NCBI GenBank assembly: GCA_024137785.1
Contig: JAHRHZ010000062.1
Span: forward strand, 30,225,755-30,289,754
Direction of reading: 5' to 3'
From: Ginglymostoma cirratum
Taxonomy: Eukaryota
Length of the DNA stretch: 64,000 nucleotides
Part shown: positions 24,554-36,844 of the stretch, in pieces
Position numbering within the stretch: position 1 is the stretch's first letter
Layout: every line of letters begins with the position of its first letter
Notes under the pieces: generated by a model
Databases searched by the model: none
Seen by the model: the letters and a program-made list of their open reading frames with translations, nothing else
Told to the model about the DNA's origin: nothing
Program-made: the position numbers and the translations under genes

Positions 24554-25879
24554 ATACTTTTATTATTAAGGTGCTGTCTAATCGATACAAGCATTTTTAC
24601 AGTTTGCCCCAATAGTTTTATCAACCCTCATTATCTAATGACCAATATTTGACTATTAAAACCTTTCAGGGCACACAGCACCGCTGCCAATTTAAAACAC
24701 ACAATGTCATGCATTTTTAATAAGACTTGGTTACTGCTTAAATGACTGAATATGCAAAGAACCCTTTTTAAAAATCCATGGCATATCTACAAGAATTTAC
24801 AGGAACTCGAAGGGAGTCTAAAAGAATGTTAACCTCAATAGGAAAAAAATCTCTCAAGTGAAAGAAATATTATAGCACCTTTCATATGCCATTTTCCACA
24901 TTAAGTATAGATTGTGAAAATAATTTGAATAAAAATGAAATTCTTTTAGAGCAGCAACTACTGGCTCAAAAAATGAGCTGTTAGATAAGTGGTTCAGGTT
25001 ATACAATCTGTGAAATGTCCTTTTTTAAACATGGGGTCATTTTACATAGAACAAAAATTACAGCAGAGCTTTCATAATTAGTTCAAAAGGAATGACAGCA
25101 ATAGTAAAGACAAATGCATTCTACATTTAAATAACAGCTTCTCAGAAATAATTAACACAAGAAATGTTGTTCATCTCGATGCAAATCAGTCAGTTTCATT
25201 TTTAAATGTATTTTTTCCATATAAATACAAACCAATTTCTCACTAGGTCTGTCTTTTCAGGACTTGAAATAATCTTTATCAAAAATCATTTGGACTACCA
25301 TTTTCAGAATTCTGATAAATTCATACAGAGCTGAAAGGGGGTCTGGAGGGATTCATCCTAAGGCATTAAAGGCAATTTAAACCAGGATGTTGTGGTAATA
25401 TTCACTTACCACCCAGGGTGCTATGGTCTAAAATCAGCTATCAGCATTTTACATAATGTCTATGGTAAATTGAAACTGTGGCAAATTAGTCATGAATTAC
25501 CTCAAGTCCGTTTACCCAGCATGAAGGACTTTAACGTAACAAATCCAACATTGACAAAAAGGGGTGAAAATAAATATAAATAAAAACTTATTTCAAAAAT
25601 GGACAGCAAAATCATTAATGAAAACATTTCTGTCATACCAAATTTTCATTCACTGGAAAATGAACACCTGCATAGATCATAGCCTCTCAAAGAACATAAA
25701 CTTTCTGAAATTCCAAGACAAGGTTCTGGGAAATTAAATATTGCTCATGAATAGACAACAATGAAAATAACACAGACACAAACTGCAGAATTCTAAAATA
25801 CTATCCAGGTGTCCAAGGCATTACAAAAAGAATTAGGTCATCATTTGTAGATTTGAACCCTCCCCAAACCCTTGGTCAT

Positions 25880-26410
25880 TTTAAAGATATGGCTGGAGCA
25901 TTTGCGACCGTCTTCAGCCAGAAATGTTGAGTGAATGATCTATCTCAGACTTTTCCTGAGTTTCTCAGCATCACAGGTGGCAATCTTCAGCCAGTTTGAC
26001 TCACTGCATGTGAAAACAACACATAGCTAGAGACGCTGGATACTGCAAGGCTTTGAACCCTGACAACATCCCTTTAGTACATCTGAAACCTTGTGCTCCA
26101 CAACTAGCCACCCAGCCAAACTCCCAGCACAGGTACGCACTGCTGTCTACCTCACAATTTGGGAAATTGCTCAGATATGTTTGGTCCACAAAAGCAGCAC
26201 AAAATCTAATCCACCCAATTAATGCCCATCAATTCACTCTCAGTTGTCAGTAAGGTGATGGAAAGTGTTGGTGACAGTGCTATCATGGGACACTTACTCA
26301 GCAATAACCTGCTTACTGATGCTCTCTTTGGATTCTACCAAGGCCACACAGCTCCTGACCTCCTTGCAGCCTTGGCAGAAGGGCTGAACTCCAGATGGGA
26401 GGTGAGATTG
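25880..26410 (+). mobile_element. CR1-group LINE RT fragment
   Basis: ORF 26222..26455 PINSLSVVSKVMES..HLLSNNLLTDALFGFYQGHTAPDL matches the RT N-terminal PISLLS..K.ME...QFGFR motifs. Confidence 0.8.
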
Positions 26411-27487
26411 ACTCCCTTGATTCCTGAACTCTGTGAAAGAATTAAAAAAAGTTAGAAATAGTGAGTTAACGAAAGTCTGCATGATAAACAATGATGAAAA
26501 ATGCATCAAATACAGAAATGTAGAGAGGGTCCACTAGCCTCAAAAGAATATGAAAAATACTCGGAAATCAAAATCTCTTTGTTTTCCTTTTGCTAGATAT
26601 TGAGTCCATCTTTGTGAAAGATACATCGGTTAGAAATGTTGAAAATTCACTAAATCCAGGGAAAATATTCAAAATAACATATTAGACACATCCCGAAGCA
26701 ATATTCATTAGTTCTCAATGCCAATAAATTAACTCACATATTTTTTGTTGGAAATCCTAAAATTTGACCCAAAAGCAAACTTACCCCTTTTTAAAAAAAC
26801 ATTTATTCTGCTGAAATAACTAAATTGGCTCTATAGTAACATTATTTTAGCAACAAGTTTCACTCTGAACCTGTTCACCTTGTTGCTGACATCTTCTTAT
26901 TTTGAATCTCTCTTCCACCCATATAAATTTTTAATTGAACTTTTTTTCATCCTCATTATTTGTTCGCATCCAGACCATTAGTTAATTGCTTCGTTCTGTT
27001 TTAAACTTTGGCAGATAAAGTGCAGTTTCCTTTCTGACAGCTGACAGCAATGGTATTCCCTGTTCAGGCTGGGGTGGCCTGAATAAACCACAATTTAAAG
27101 GTGTCTGACCTGACAGTTCAGCAGCGGCAAAGCTCACTGAGCATCTGGCTAATGGATTCTAAGGTCGGGTAGTGCTGTAAGTCCTACCCTTGCAGCACAA
27201 TGTGTGCAGTTTGAATATTTAAACAGCTTAAATCTTTTTCTACTCCCCCGGCTTTTCCTTTCAATTTTCTTCTCCCAAAAACAATTTTTCATATTGGCAT
27301 AGAGTTCCAGTGGCACAACAAGCCCTCAATGAATCACATCTTTATGCGCAATTCTAAACAGCAAATTGGGTTCCTTGATTATGAATACATTCATCTGGAC
27401 TCCATAACCACAAACAATAACCAGCACTCTCTACCTTGATTGCCAAACACAATTACAGAATCTCTTTTCAACAGCCTGTCATTTGAG

Positions 27488-27680
27488 TATTGCTGAAAAG
27501 AAGACAGATTTTGTTGAAGCATTTTATCTTGCAATCATCAGGCTAATGTGGAAACAATATCAATGTAAAAAAACCAATTGTCTGATTGGTTGGCAACTGA
27601 ACTCTGATTGGTAAAGGTATTGCCATCGAGAATGCACCACTTAATGATGACTAATGGTTAGCTGCTAAGCTTTAATGTAT
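27488..27680 (-). mobile_element. PLE terminal-repeat fragment (subfamily 4) with decayed hammerhead core
   Basis: Minus strand cctgatgattgcaagataaaatgcttcaac; homologous to 61635-61790. Confidence 0.6.
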
Positions 27681-27689
27681 TAAGGCAAT

Positions 27690-27900
27690 GTAACATTAGA
27701 TGTGATTCCATGATTAAAAATATTTATTAAATAATCCTGAGTGTGTAAAGAGTTACAGGGTGAAAACCAATTTAAGATTGGCTGCTGGGATCACAGTGTA
27801 GAGCAGTTGCATGTACTTGAAACTACATTTATTAATACATTATACCATCTTTTGCAGACAGAAGGAATATGTACACACACTGTGCTTGTTTTAACTCAAC
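27690..27900 (+). mobile_element. PLE GIY-YIG C-terminal fragment
   Basis: LHVLETTFINT followed, after a frameshift, by CRQKEYVHTLCLF*, matching the L.+LE..+I...P.LC.QKE end of PLE ORFs. Confidence 0.65.
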
Positions 27901-27999
27901 AAAATACGAGAAAGCCGTCCTCTGGTCAATTTCTCAAGGCAGTATTGAACGTTCACTCCTTCGACTGCCAGTGTGTAGTGATAGTAACATGTACCATTT

Positions 28000-28350
28000 A
28001 CAATATGCCTTGCAGCAACGTGCCCACCTTCCTTCAGCAGGACCTTCTGAATAACTGAACCCCTATCACTTAGATGGGTTATGGCAATAGATGCATGGGA
28101 ATACAGCCATGTGCATGTTCTGCTCCAAATCACACACCATCCTGATTTGAAACTATATCGCTGTTCCTTTATTGTTGCTGGTCAATATCCTGGAATTCCC
28201 TCCCTAACAAAACAATCGGTGTACCAACACCACACGACCTGCACAAGTTTAAGAAGGCAACTCATCAACTTCTCAAGGGCAGTTAGGGGTAGGCAATAAA
28301 AGCTAGCTTTGCCAGCAACGCCCACATCCCATGAAAGAATAAACAAATAA
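28000..28350 (+). mobile_element. CR1-group LINE 3' end
   Basis: Colinear with 4880-5225; tail ggcaataaaagctagctttgccagcaacgcccacatcccatgaaagaataaa. Confidence 0.75.
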
Positions 28351-31300
28351 AATTCACTGAAGCTAATGCTTTGACTCAGCGCAGCTCAAGATTTGAGCCT
28401 TCTAACTTATATCAGCATTATAGCACATTGTACATTACCTAATAGCCACCAAGGAAAACAGTTTTTGCAGAAGTTTGTTTCTTCACTTATCCATTCAAAT
28501 ATTCATATTATACTTTCAGTGTCAAAGCTTCAATCAACATAGTACTAAATTGGCAATCCTTGCCCGAAAGGCCCCAAGGGCAACGCATACAGCAGATGTT
28601 CAAAACTCAGCACGTAATTACGTCCCACATTCTGCAGAGCAGGCCGGTTAGACCTGAACATTGTCATTAGTTTATTTTGTTTTTCAATAAGTCTCAGACA
28701 TCACTTAAGGTGTCAGCCTTTTCTTGTTCCATAGACATGCATGACATGAACTTTAATCTTATAAATAGGTTGTAGTTGCACAATTGAAACATACAGGAAA
28801 TACATAAAATTCTGTGCTCAGGGTAACTTAAAGCCCAAATTGTTGAGCACATTTTCATTTCTCATGATTAGTCCAATGTTTTGCTGGGAAGATGGATGCT
28901 TGTAAATTAAACACTAACTGCTTTGTCATGCAGTTATTTGTTTTGTATGTAAAGAAGTTCAGATTTGTGTGTTGGTTGGACTAATTCTATTCAGCTTATG
29001 GCTAGTAGGTTGAAGTGTTCACTTGCCAATGTAATAATAAATTATAAATTGAACAAGGACTGAAAGAATAATGGCAAAGCACCCGGCCTGACAATCACAG
29101 CAGTAAGCACTGAACTCTAAATAAAAGGGTGAAGTGTTTTAATCCAGCTATTGCCAGATATGTTTTCCGTACTGGACATGACTGCACTGAATCAATACTG
29201 GAACAATATCTGAATATAGAAGAAAACTTTATTGGTTCAGTCCCAAATCGGGAGAATACATTTCCAGGCAATAATCAAATATATGAAAAGCTTTCACTCA
29301 GACACTCCAGCACTTATGGCAAATAATATTAATTTTAAAAAATCATATATCTTTGAGATTAATCACAGTCAAGTAATGGGTTGGTTGGAAACAAAGCAAG
29401 AAATCTTGCCCTTTAGTTTGAAAGAGAAAAAAAATGATTTAACTAGTACTTTTCCATTTTCTCTTTTGATGACAGCCTCCAACATACAACACTATTATCA
29501 TCTTTTAACCAACATGCTTTTAAGCCTTATTAATGTCTGCTGTGAGATTTATGGAAACTGGGAACAGTTGTTCATGAATTAGAAAGGACACTTGATGGAT
29601 ATAGATCAGTCAAATGATTGCTGCAAAGAATCCCTAGGCACACAATTCAATTTTAGCAAGGAAGGGAGGAGATACTTGAATATTTTAAAATCAAAACAGC
29701 ATTACTGAATACTTACATATTATTTAAACACAACCACAACACTTGCTAGTCTATTATTTTAGTTATTAGCCTTTTCTTGAAGCAGGCAGATTGTAAAGTT
29801 CCATTAGCGTTTTCTTTCCTTGTCATGTGTGCAGCACAGAAACAATTTAATGCATTTTGTGAATAAGAACTCTTTTGATTTTTAAGTTTATTGATTCTGA
29901 ATATGCCAAAACAAACACGTAAGCATGCAATCATTTGAAATTATTTTTCTTCCATCTCTATCCATTGGCTCATTATTATACTAGTGTTCCTTCAAACAAC
30001 ATTTCAATATTTGTATAAAAGTAGAAAATCCTCAAGCTTTGTCACCATTAAAAATGATGTATCCCCTGAGTGTTTCTGATCAAATGGGGCCCAAACAAGT
30101 AAATTTTGGCAACTGAATGGAGCAAGGAAATATAAAGAAATTATATTGTTGTCATGATTCTCTATTTTACAATTTTAGAAGTTAGGATTGGTATTTAATT
30201 TCAATGTACTGCTTTCAAGTCAAAAACAGGCTGTCAGAATGATAAGTCTCTTCTGGTCTTGTTGCCTGTAAGAGCTTGTATGACAGCCTTGACCAAGTTC
30301 TCAGACATTGAACATCCACAGCAAGATTCTTCCTAATTTGGTACATTATTGGCAACCACACTTAGAAAATTCAACGGGATTATTAGTTTGCCAAGCATTT
30401 ATTTGTGCTCAAGGTGTAAATGGCACCACTAATACTTCATAGTTTTCTATCCTTCATTATCCTGGGAAGGTAGGGCAGGCCAACTCCTTGTAATTCTACA
30501 GTCCTTGTGGGTGGCTGCACTCCCACAATCTGGTGAAATTTCGACACCATATGGAAGTCCAGAGTAAGAACATCCTGGTTGTGGGATAACCATGTTGGCA
30601 AAATTGAGAAAAGAAGGACAATCACTAATTTAGAATGCAAACTGACAAGGAGCATTGGACAATAATGGCTATTATTTAGAATTCTGCTAGTCAAGGCATG
30701 AGCATGATACACAAGTTAAATGTGTGATCTTCTCTTCTTGGTTTCTTGGACCTGCACTCTTGTGATTCAAAATGACTTTTGGGATTCTAACTTAGTCAAC
30801 ATAATTGTAGCGTGTATACAAATCCCTTGCAGCTTTACGACTTCAACTCTAGTTTCCCAGTCTAACTTAAGTGATGAAGCTTTCAGTGCATCTTGACTCC
30901 TAAAGTTTCCTGCTGAATATTACTCACACTCACAGCAATTACTTTAGTCCAGATACTGACTCTAAACTGATATGGATTTTCACAGCAACATCCAACCCAT
31001 GAAGATTACTTTAGTCACTTTTGTGTTCTTACAACAACCCTTAACTGTTACCAATCAATAGTCAATGTCCCATGCAAGTGCTAACTTCCTCACATGTGCT
31101 CTACTACTAACTCCCTCCCCTGGCAAATGTCCCCACCAATTGTCCTGAGGTGAATGCTATCCTTTGGCAATTGAAACCCTCAGTAATCCTCCTCTATTTT
31201 TATAACATTTTTGTAGGCAGTGTTTGCAGGATCCAGTCTAAGAATATTTACCTGTGTCAATACAACTAACGACTTCTAACCAAATATTTGTAATTTTTGA

Positions 31301-32979
31301 CCAATGGGAGGAGTGCTCCTGTATCATCCCCCCACACCCACCAATACTGTAACCTTAGCATAAAAGCTTTTGACCAGAGGCATGGTAAACCAGTTAGTGT
31401 GGCAATTTTGAGTTTTGATTACTACTAATGCTAGACTCATTGGAGCCCCATGTGCTCTAGCTTTACCTCCCTCCATATGTTCTTTATTAAATCCACATTT
31501 CAGTATTTGTCACTTAGAGAAATATCAACTTAAAGTCTTTCTCAATACCCCAATCACGCAAACAAATTTGAACTTTTCATTAGTAAGCTTACGCACTGTA
31601 GAATTTGATAACCTAAGCCTTATTAGTTACACAGACATGCAAGCAAAGGCTGTTAGACAGTAAACTGACTCAGTAATGATGATAGATCAGATGTTACATG
31701 TCAAAGTTGGGAAGGTGTGACTTGGTGAGGAAACCTCCATACAATGATGTTCTTGTGTTGTTGCTGTATATTGAAACAGTCTATCAACTCTGACTGAATA
31801 CTTTAATATTAACCATGAGAAGGGACACAATGGTCATTGTAGTGGCAAGTGTGATGGCATTCCATTTTGTGCCTCCTAATGAAAAAAGGGTTGCTTATAG
31901 ATGTCCAATTCTAGACAGCTAAATCTTCTCCTAGTGTGTCAGTAGTGCCGCATTAGACAATGAAAAGCACTTTTGCAACAAAAATGTTTCATTGCCAAGA
32001 ACTAAAAACTGGTTACCGTTAGAAGCAAACATTTCTGATCCAGGTACATTGGTGAAGGTGAGGAAAACAGACTATTATTTTGTATTGGTTCTCTCACCAT
32101 CTCAAACAATGCTTTGTCCTTTAGTATTGTACTTCCAAACAACCTTTGGGAATAGTATTGACATTTCCCCACCAATTAGTTTATTTTATGCCTGGTTTCT
32201 CTGATACATTGCCTAAATGATAACAATATTGATGAAAACTAATCAGTTTACCAGGCTTTCTTAGAGACTTTTTTCTCTAAAGGCATGAAGCTTTTAGAGT
32301 CAAGGATTTCATGAATACTGAACCTTACCAGACGAATATGTTCAAAAAGTACCCTCTAAATACCAGAGTTTGGAGTATTCCTAATGCCGTCCAGTTACTA
32401 GGGAGAGAAACTCAAATAGAGAGACATTGAGGTACTTGGTAATCTTACCACCATTCAAGATATTTCAGAAAAGGGATAGCTCCTGTTTAAGAGGTAGAAA
32501 CAATGAAGCTAATGCTGTGGAAAAGCACAAAGAAAAGTTTTATGTTTAAGGATGTTTCCAAGAGTTTGGTTTCCGTCCGAAAGAAAGGGAACAGGACAGA
32601 AAAAACTCTTGAAGATATAGTGAATGCGGTGTCACTGATATATGCTTTGCTGGTGGGAAGTAAAACTAGGAAAATATGAACAGAGTGTAGCAATTGTCAA
32701 AGAAAATTGAAAGCTTCTACCTGGTGTGATGGGGAGGAGTGATCTTCCACTGAAGAGCTGTTAATGACTGCAAAGCTATTCCTTTGATGGTACATATTTT
32801 CTAGGAGCCTAGCACATCCATTGTTCTTAGTGCCATTTCTTCCAAATGAGCAAGATGCCATGTTGCTGCACATCAAGGATGTCCTGGTGTGTGGTCACAA
32901 ACCTGTGTCATCTGCTGGAGTGGGACCAGCGACCTGAAAGGGAGAGTCAGCATCACGGAAAAGCTGCACTAAACTTTGA

Positions 32980-34125
32980 TGCACTTTGACAAGGTTCCGC
33001 ATGGTAGACTAATTAGATCACATGGGATACAGGGAGAGCTTGCCAGTTGGATACAAAATTAGCTTGGCAGCAGGAGATGGAGGGTGGTGGTGGAGGGTTG
33101 TTTTTCAGCTTGGAGGATTATGACCAGCAGTATTTCACAGGGATCAGTGCTAGGTTCCCTTTTGTCTGTCATTTGTAACAATGATTTGGATGAGAATTTA
33201 GGAGACATTGTCAGTAAGTTTGCAAATTACACCAAAATTGGTGGTACGGTCAACAGTGAAGAAAGCTTTCTAAGATTACAAATGGATCTTGATCAATTGG
33301 GTCAATGGGCTGAGGATTGGCAGATGCAGTTTAACTTGGATAAATGCGAGGTATTACATTTTGGTAAAACAAACAAGGGCAGGGCTTATACAGTTAATAG
33401 TAGGGCCCTAGGTCGTGTTGGAGAACATAGCGACTGAAGGTTTCAGGTACATAATTCTTTGAAATTTGTGTGACAGGTAGATAGGGTGGTTTAGAAGGCA
33501 TTTAACATGGTTGCCTTCATTGCTCAGACCTTTGATTATAGAAAATGATTGTCATGTTGAGGTTGCACAGGGCATAGGTGACGCCATTTTTGGAATACTG
33601 TCTACAGCTCTTGTCATCCTGCTATAGGAAGGATAATATTAAATTGGAAAGGGTTCAGAAAAGATTTACCAGGATGTTGCTGGGACTGGAGGGTTTAGAG
33701 TTATATGGGTTGTCTGGGAGTTCTTTCACTGGAACATAAGAGGTTGAAGGTGACCTTATAGAGGTTTATAAAATCATGAGGGGTATAGATAAGATAAATA
33801 GCAAAGGTCTTTTCCTCAGGGTAGGGGAATTCAAAAATAGGGGACGTATTTTTAAGATGAGAGGAGTAAAATTTAAAAGGGACACAAGGAGCATGTTTTT
33901 CACACAGAGAGTGGTTCGTATGTGGAATGAATTTCCAGGAAAAATACGAGATGTAGGTACAGTGACAACACTTAAAAGACATTTGGACAGGTACGTGAAT
34001 AGGAAAGGTTTGGAGGATAGAGGCCAAACACAGGGAAGTGGGACTAGTTTAGTTTAGGAAACTTGGTCAACATGGACTAGTTGGACTGAAGGGTCTGTTT
34101 CCTAGTTGTAGGACTCTATGACATG
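32980..34125 (+). mobile_element. CR1 LINE, 5'-truncated (RT domain to 3' tail)
   Basis: SQGSVLGSLL..NDLDE..VSKFANYTKIGG..WQMQFNLDKCEVLHFG and FFTQRVVRMWNEFP; ends ggactctatgac. Confidence 0.92.
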
Positions 34126-36076
34126 GTAATAGGGTTCCTTAGGTATATTTGGGTTACTTTATTTGGCTAATAGAAAAGTAACCTTTTTTCATGTTGAAGT
34201 ATTATTTGCCTATTAATTAATACTTGACCTACGTTGCTTTTCTGTAAAATCTTAAAACGTGAAATCTTCTCCTTTGGGTATTTCTATCATTGGAAAGTTA
34301 ATCTCTTAATAGTTATTAGTCTTTGTGAGGATCGCTGTGCAAACATAAATTCTCAATACCGTACAGTAAACACCTAGTAATTGACACCCAGTGTCACAAC
34401 ACAATTATCGACATATGCCAATATCTTCGCTGAGTTTCTCCTGCTGATGAAATCAAATGGTTCATTGGAATGAGGCTTGTTAGAAAAAGGTGCTGTTGGT
34501 TCACTGAAAGAACTCTGTAAGTATGAGTATAGATATTTTCTTCAGAGATGTTATTACGCAACGCTGGAGCAGATGGCACTTGAAATCAGATCTCCTAGCT
34601 CAGAAGTAGGGACACTGCCAGTGCACTGGCACAGCCCTCAGAGGCGTGCTTATACCAGACAATTGCTTGACTAATCTGTTGGACAGCTCTCCCAACTTTG
34701 GTACTGGTCCCTGGGTGTTTGTGAGGAGGTACTTGTAGGTCAACAGGGCCATAATTACCTTTTGTGTTTCTGCCTTGGTCATTGCTAATATTCTGTCTGA
34801 TATTTCTCTTATTTGCTTATTTTGTAATGACTGGTTTACAACTGAGCAGCCTGCCAAGTCTTGCAGAAGGTAATGAAGGTGTGCTCTGGAGGCCAGATTA
34901 GTTAAGGGCATCATCCTCTTTTGTTTAAATACTATCTTAAATCAGTTGGATTCTTATGGCCAGAAGTATAGACTTCAATTTCACAACATCCAACAAAGGA
35001 GTTTGAATTCACAGGTTTTAGATTTCTAATTCAATATTACTAGGCTCTCTGACCTGGACAAAATAAGAGGTTAATTCTCATTTCAATTCAGATTGCAATT
35101 CTGAGATGAGACAACTTGTGTTGTGGATACAACAAATGGAGATGAAGGTGAGGTAGTAATATTGTAGTAATGTCTCTAGACTAGTAAACTTGAGACCCAG
35201 GTTAATTCTCTGGCGCATGAGTTTAAATCCCATTGTGGTAGCTGGCTAAATTCAGTTATTAAATCTTGATATGATCCTAGCTGATGGTATGACTAGATGA
35301 TTCAGGTCCGACAATAAAATCTGGCCTGATATACCATTTTTTTTTGTTAATTAGAATGGTAGTCATTCAAGGAAACATTGTCACATGAGGCTGCAGAGTT
35401 TTTGTTAACAACAAAATAGAAGCTTAATATGCAAAAGATAAAAAATTTTTTAAAAAATCAATACACAGAACACATACGAAATTTCTAAAACAGCCAGAAA
35501 TAGAAAATGCTTTGATCTATTCTCCAAAACCAGCACATTACAGCAATTCAAATCCAAAGAAATTATCCCTCAAAGTCAAATCTTTAAGTTTGTTGTAGCT
35601 GATTCTCCCCAATTCTTTCCTATAGACTATGAATTGTTTTTAAATGAATACTCACAAACTAGACAGCTTAGACTTTAAAATAATATGCAGATTTCTAATG
35701 AAACACTCCTGGTCCTGAAGTTGCATAAGGTAAAATTTTTGACTGAGAAAACTGTGCTTTCCCCGAACTGTTCCATATTTTTTTTCAGCAGAGAAACTAC
35801 GTTTGCTTTTGACACCACTCAGGTCTCCTTCAGACTATCCTAGAATCTTTAATCTCTGGGTTTTCTGAGCTGAAATCATTGATTGTCTTGAGCCGAAAAC
35901 AAATAATGACCTTGTCTTTAAACAGTACAGAACAAACAAACAAACAAAAACAAAGTTGCTGGAAAAGCTCAGCAAGTCTGGCAGCATCTGTGAAGGAAAA
36001 AACAGAGTTAACATTTCAGGTCCAATGACCCTTCCTTCGTCACAGATGCTGCTCGACCTGCTGAGCTTTTCTAGCA

Positions 36077-36696
36077 TAACAAGGTGCGGAGCTGGATGAA
36101 CACGGCAGGCCAAGCAGCATCACAGGAGCAGGAAAGCTTGACGTTTCGGGCCCAGACCCTTCATCAGANNNNNNNNNNNNNNNNNNNNNNNNNNNNNNNN
36201 NNNNNNNNNNNNNNNNNNNNNNNNNNNNNNNNNNNNNNNNNNNNNNNNNNNNNNNNNNNNNNNNNNNNNNNNNNNNNNNNNNNNNNNNNNNNNNNNNNNN
36301 NNNNNNNNNNNNNNNNNNNNNNNNNNNNNNNNNNNNNNNNNNNNNNNNNNNNNNNNNNNNNNNNNNNNNNNNNNNNNNNNNNNNNNNNNNNNNNNNNNNN
36401 NNNNNNNNNNNNNNNNNNNNNNNNNNNNNNNNNNNNNNNNNNNNNNNNNNNNNNNNNNNNNNNNNNNNNNNNNNNNNNNNNNNNNNNNNNNNNNNNNNNN
36501 NNNNNNNNNNNNNNNNNNNNNNNNNNNNNNNNNNNNNNNNNNNNNNNNNNNNNNNNNNNNNNNNNNNNTCTGATGAAGGGTCTGGGCCCGAAACGTCAAG
36601 CTTTCCTGCTCCTGTGATGCTGCTTGGCCTGCCGTGTTCATCCAGCTCCGCACCTTGTTATCTCGGATTCTCCAGCATCTGCAGTTCCTATTATCT
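36077..36696. mobile_element. Young PLE-derived fold-back element (subfamily 1) nested in a subfamily 2 copy and spanning a 400-N gap
   Basis: Perfect 16-bp repeat ctgagcttttctagca at 36061-36076 and 36697-36712. The arms are exact reverse complements. Intact ctgatga-agggtctgggccc-gaaacgtc on both arms. Confidence 0.88.
36570..36600 (+). ncRNA. Minimal hammerhead ribozyme motif (PLE-type)
   Basis: CTGATGA, stem II (gggt..gccc), GAAA, palindromic ACGT mini-stem III and GTC cleavage triplet. Activity is untested. Confidence 0.7.
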
Positions 36697-36844
36697 CTGA
36701 GCTTTTCTAGCAACTTTGTTTTTGTTCCTGATTTACAGCATCTGCCATTCTTTTGGTTTTTATTTAGTTTTAAACAAACAAACAAACTTCAATTAAAACT
36801 CCAGGAGGTCCTTGATCTTTGATTCTTATTCTCTACAAATATAT

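Larger units (their letters stand above)
35946..36772. mobile_element. PLE-derived fold-back element (subfamily 2), host of a nested insertion
   Basis: Same arms as 16519-16744. Flanking direct repeat aacaaacaaacaaac at 35931-35945 and 36773-36787. Confidence 0.8.
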
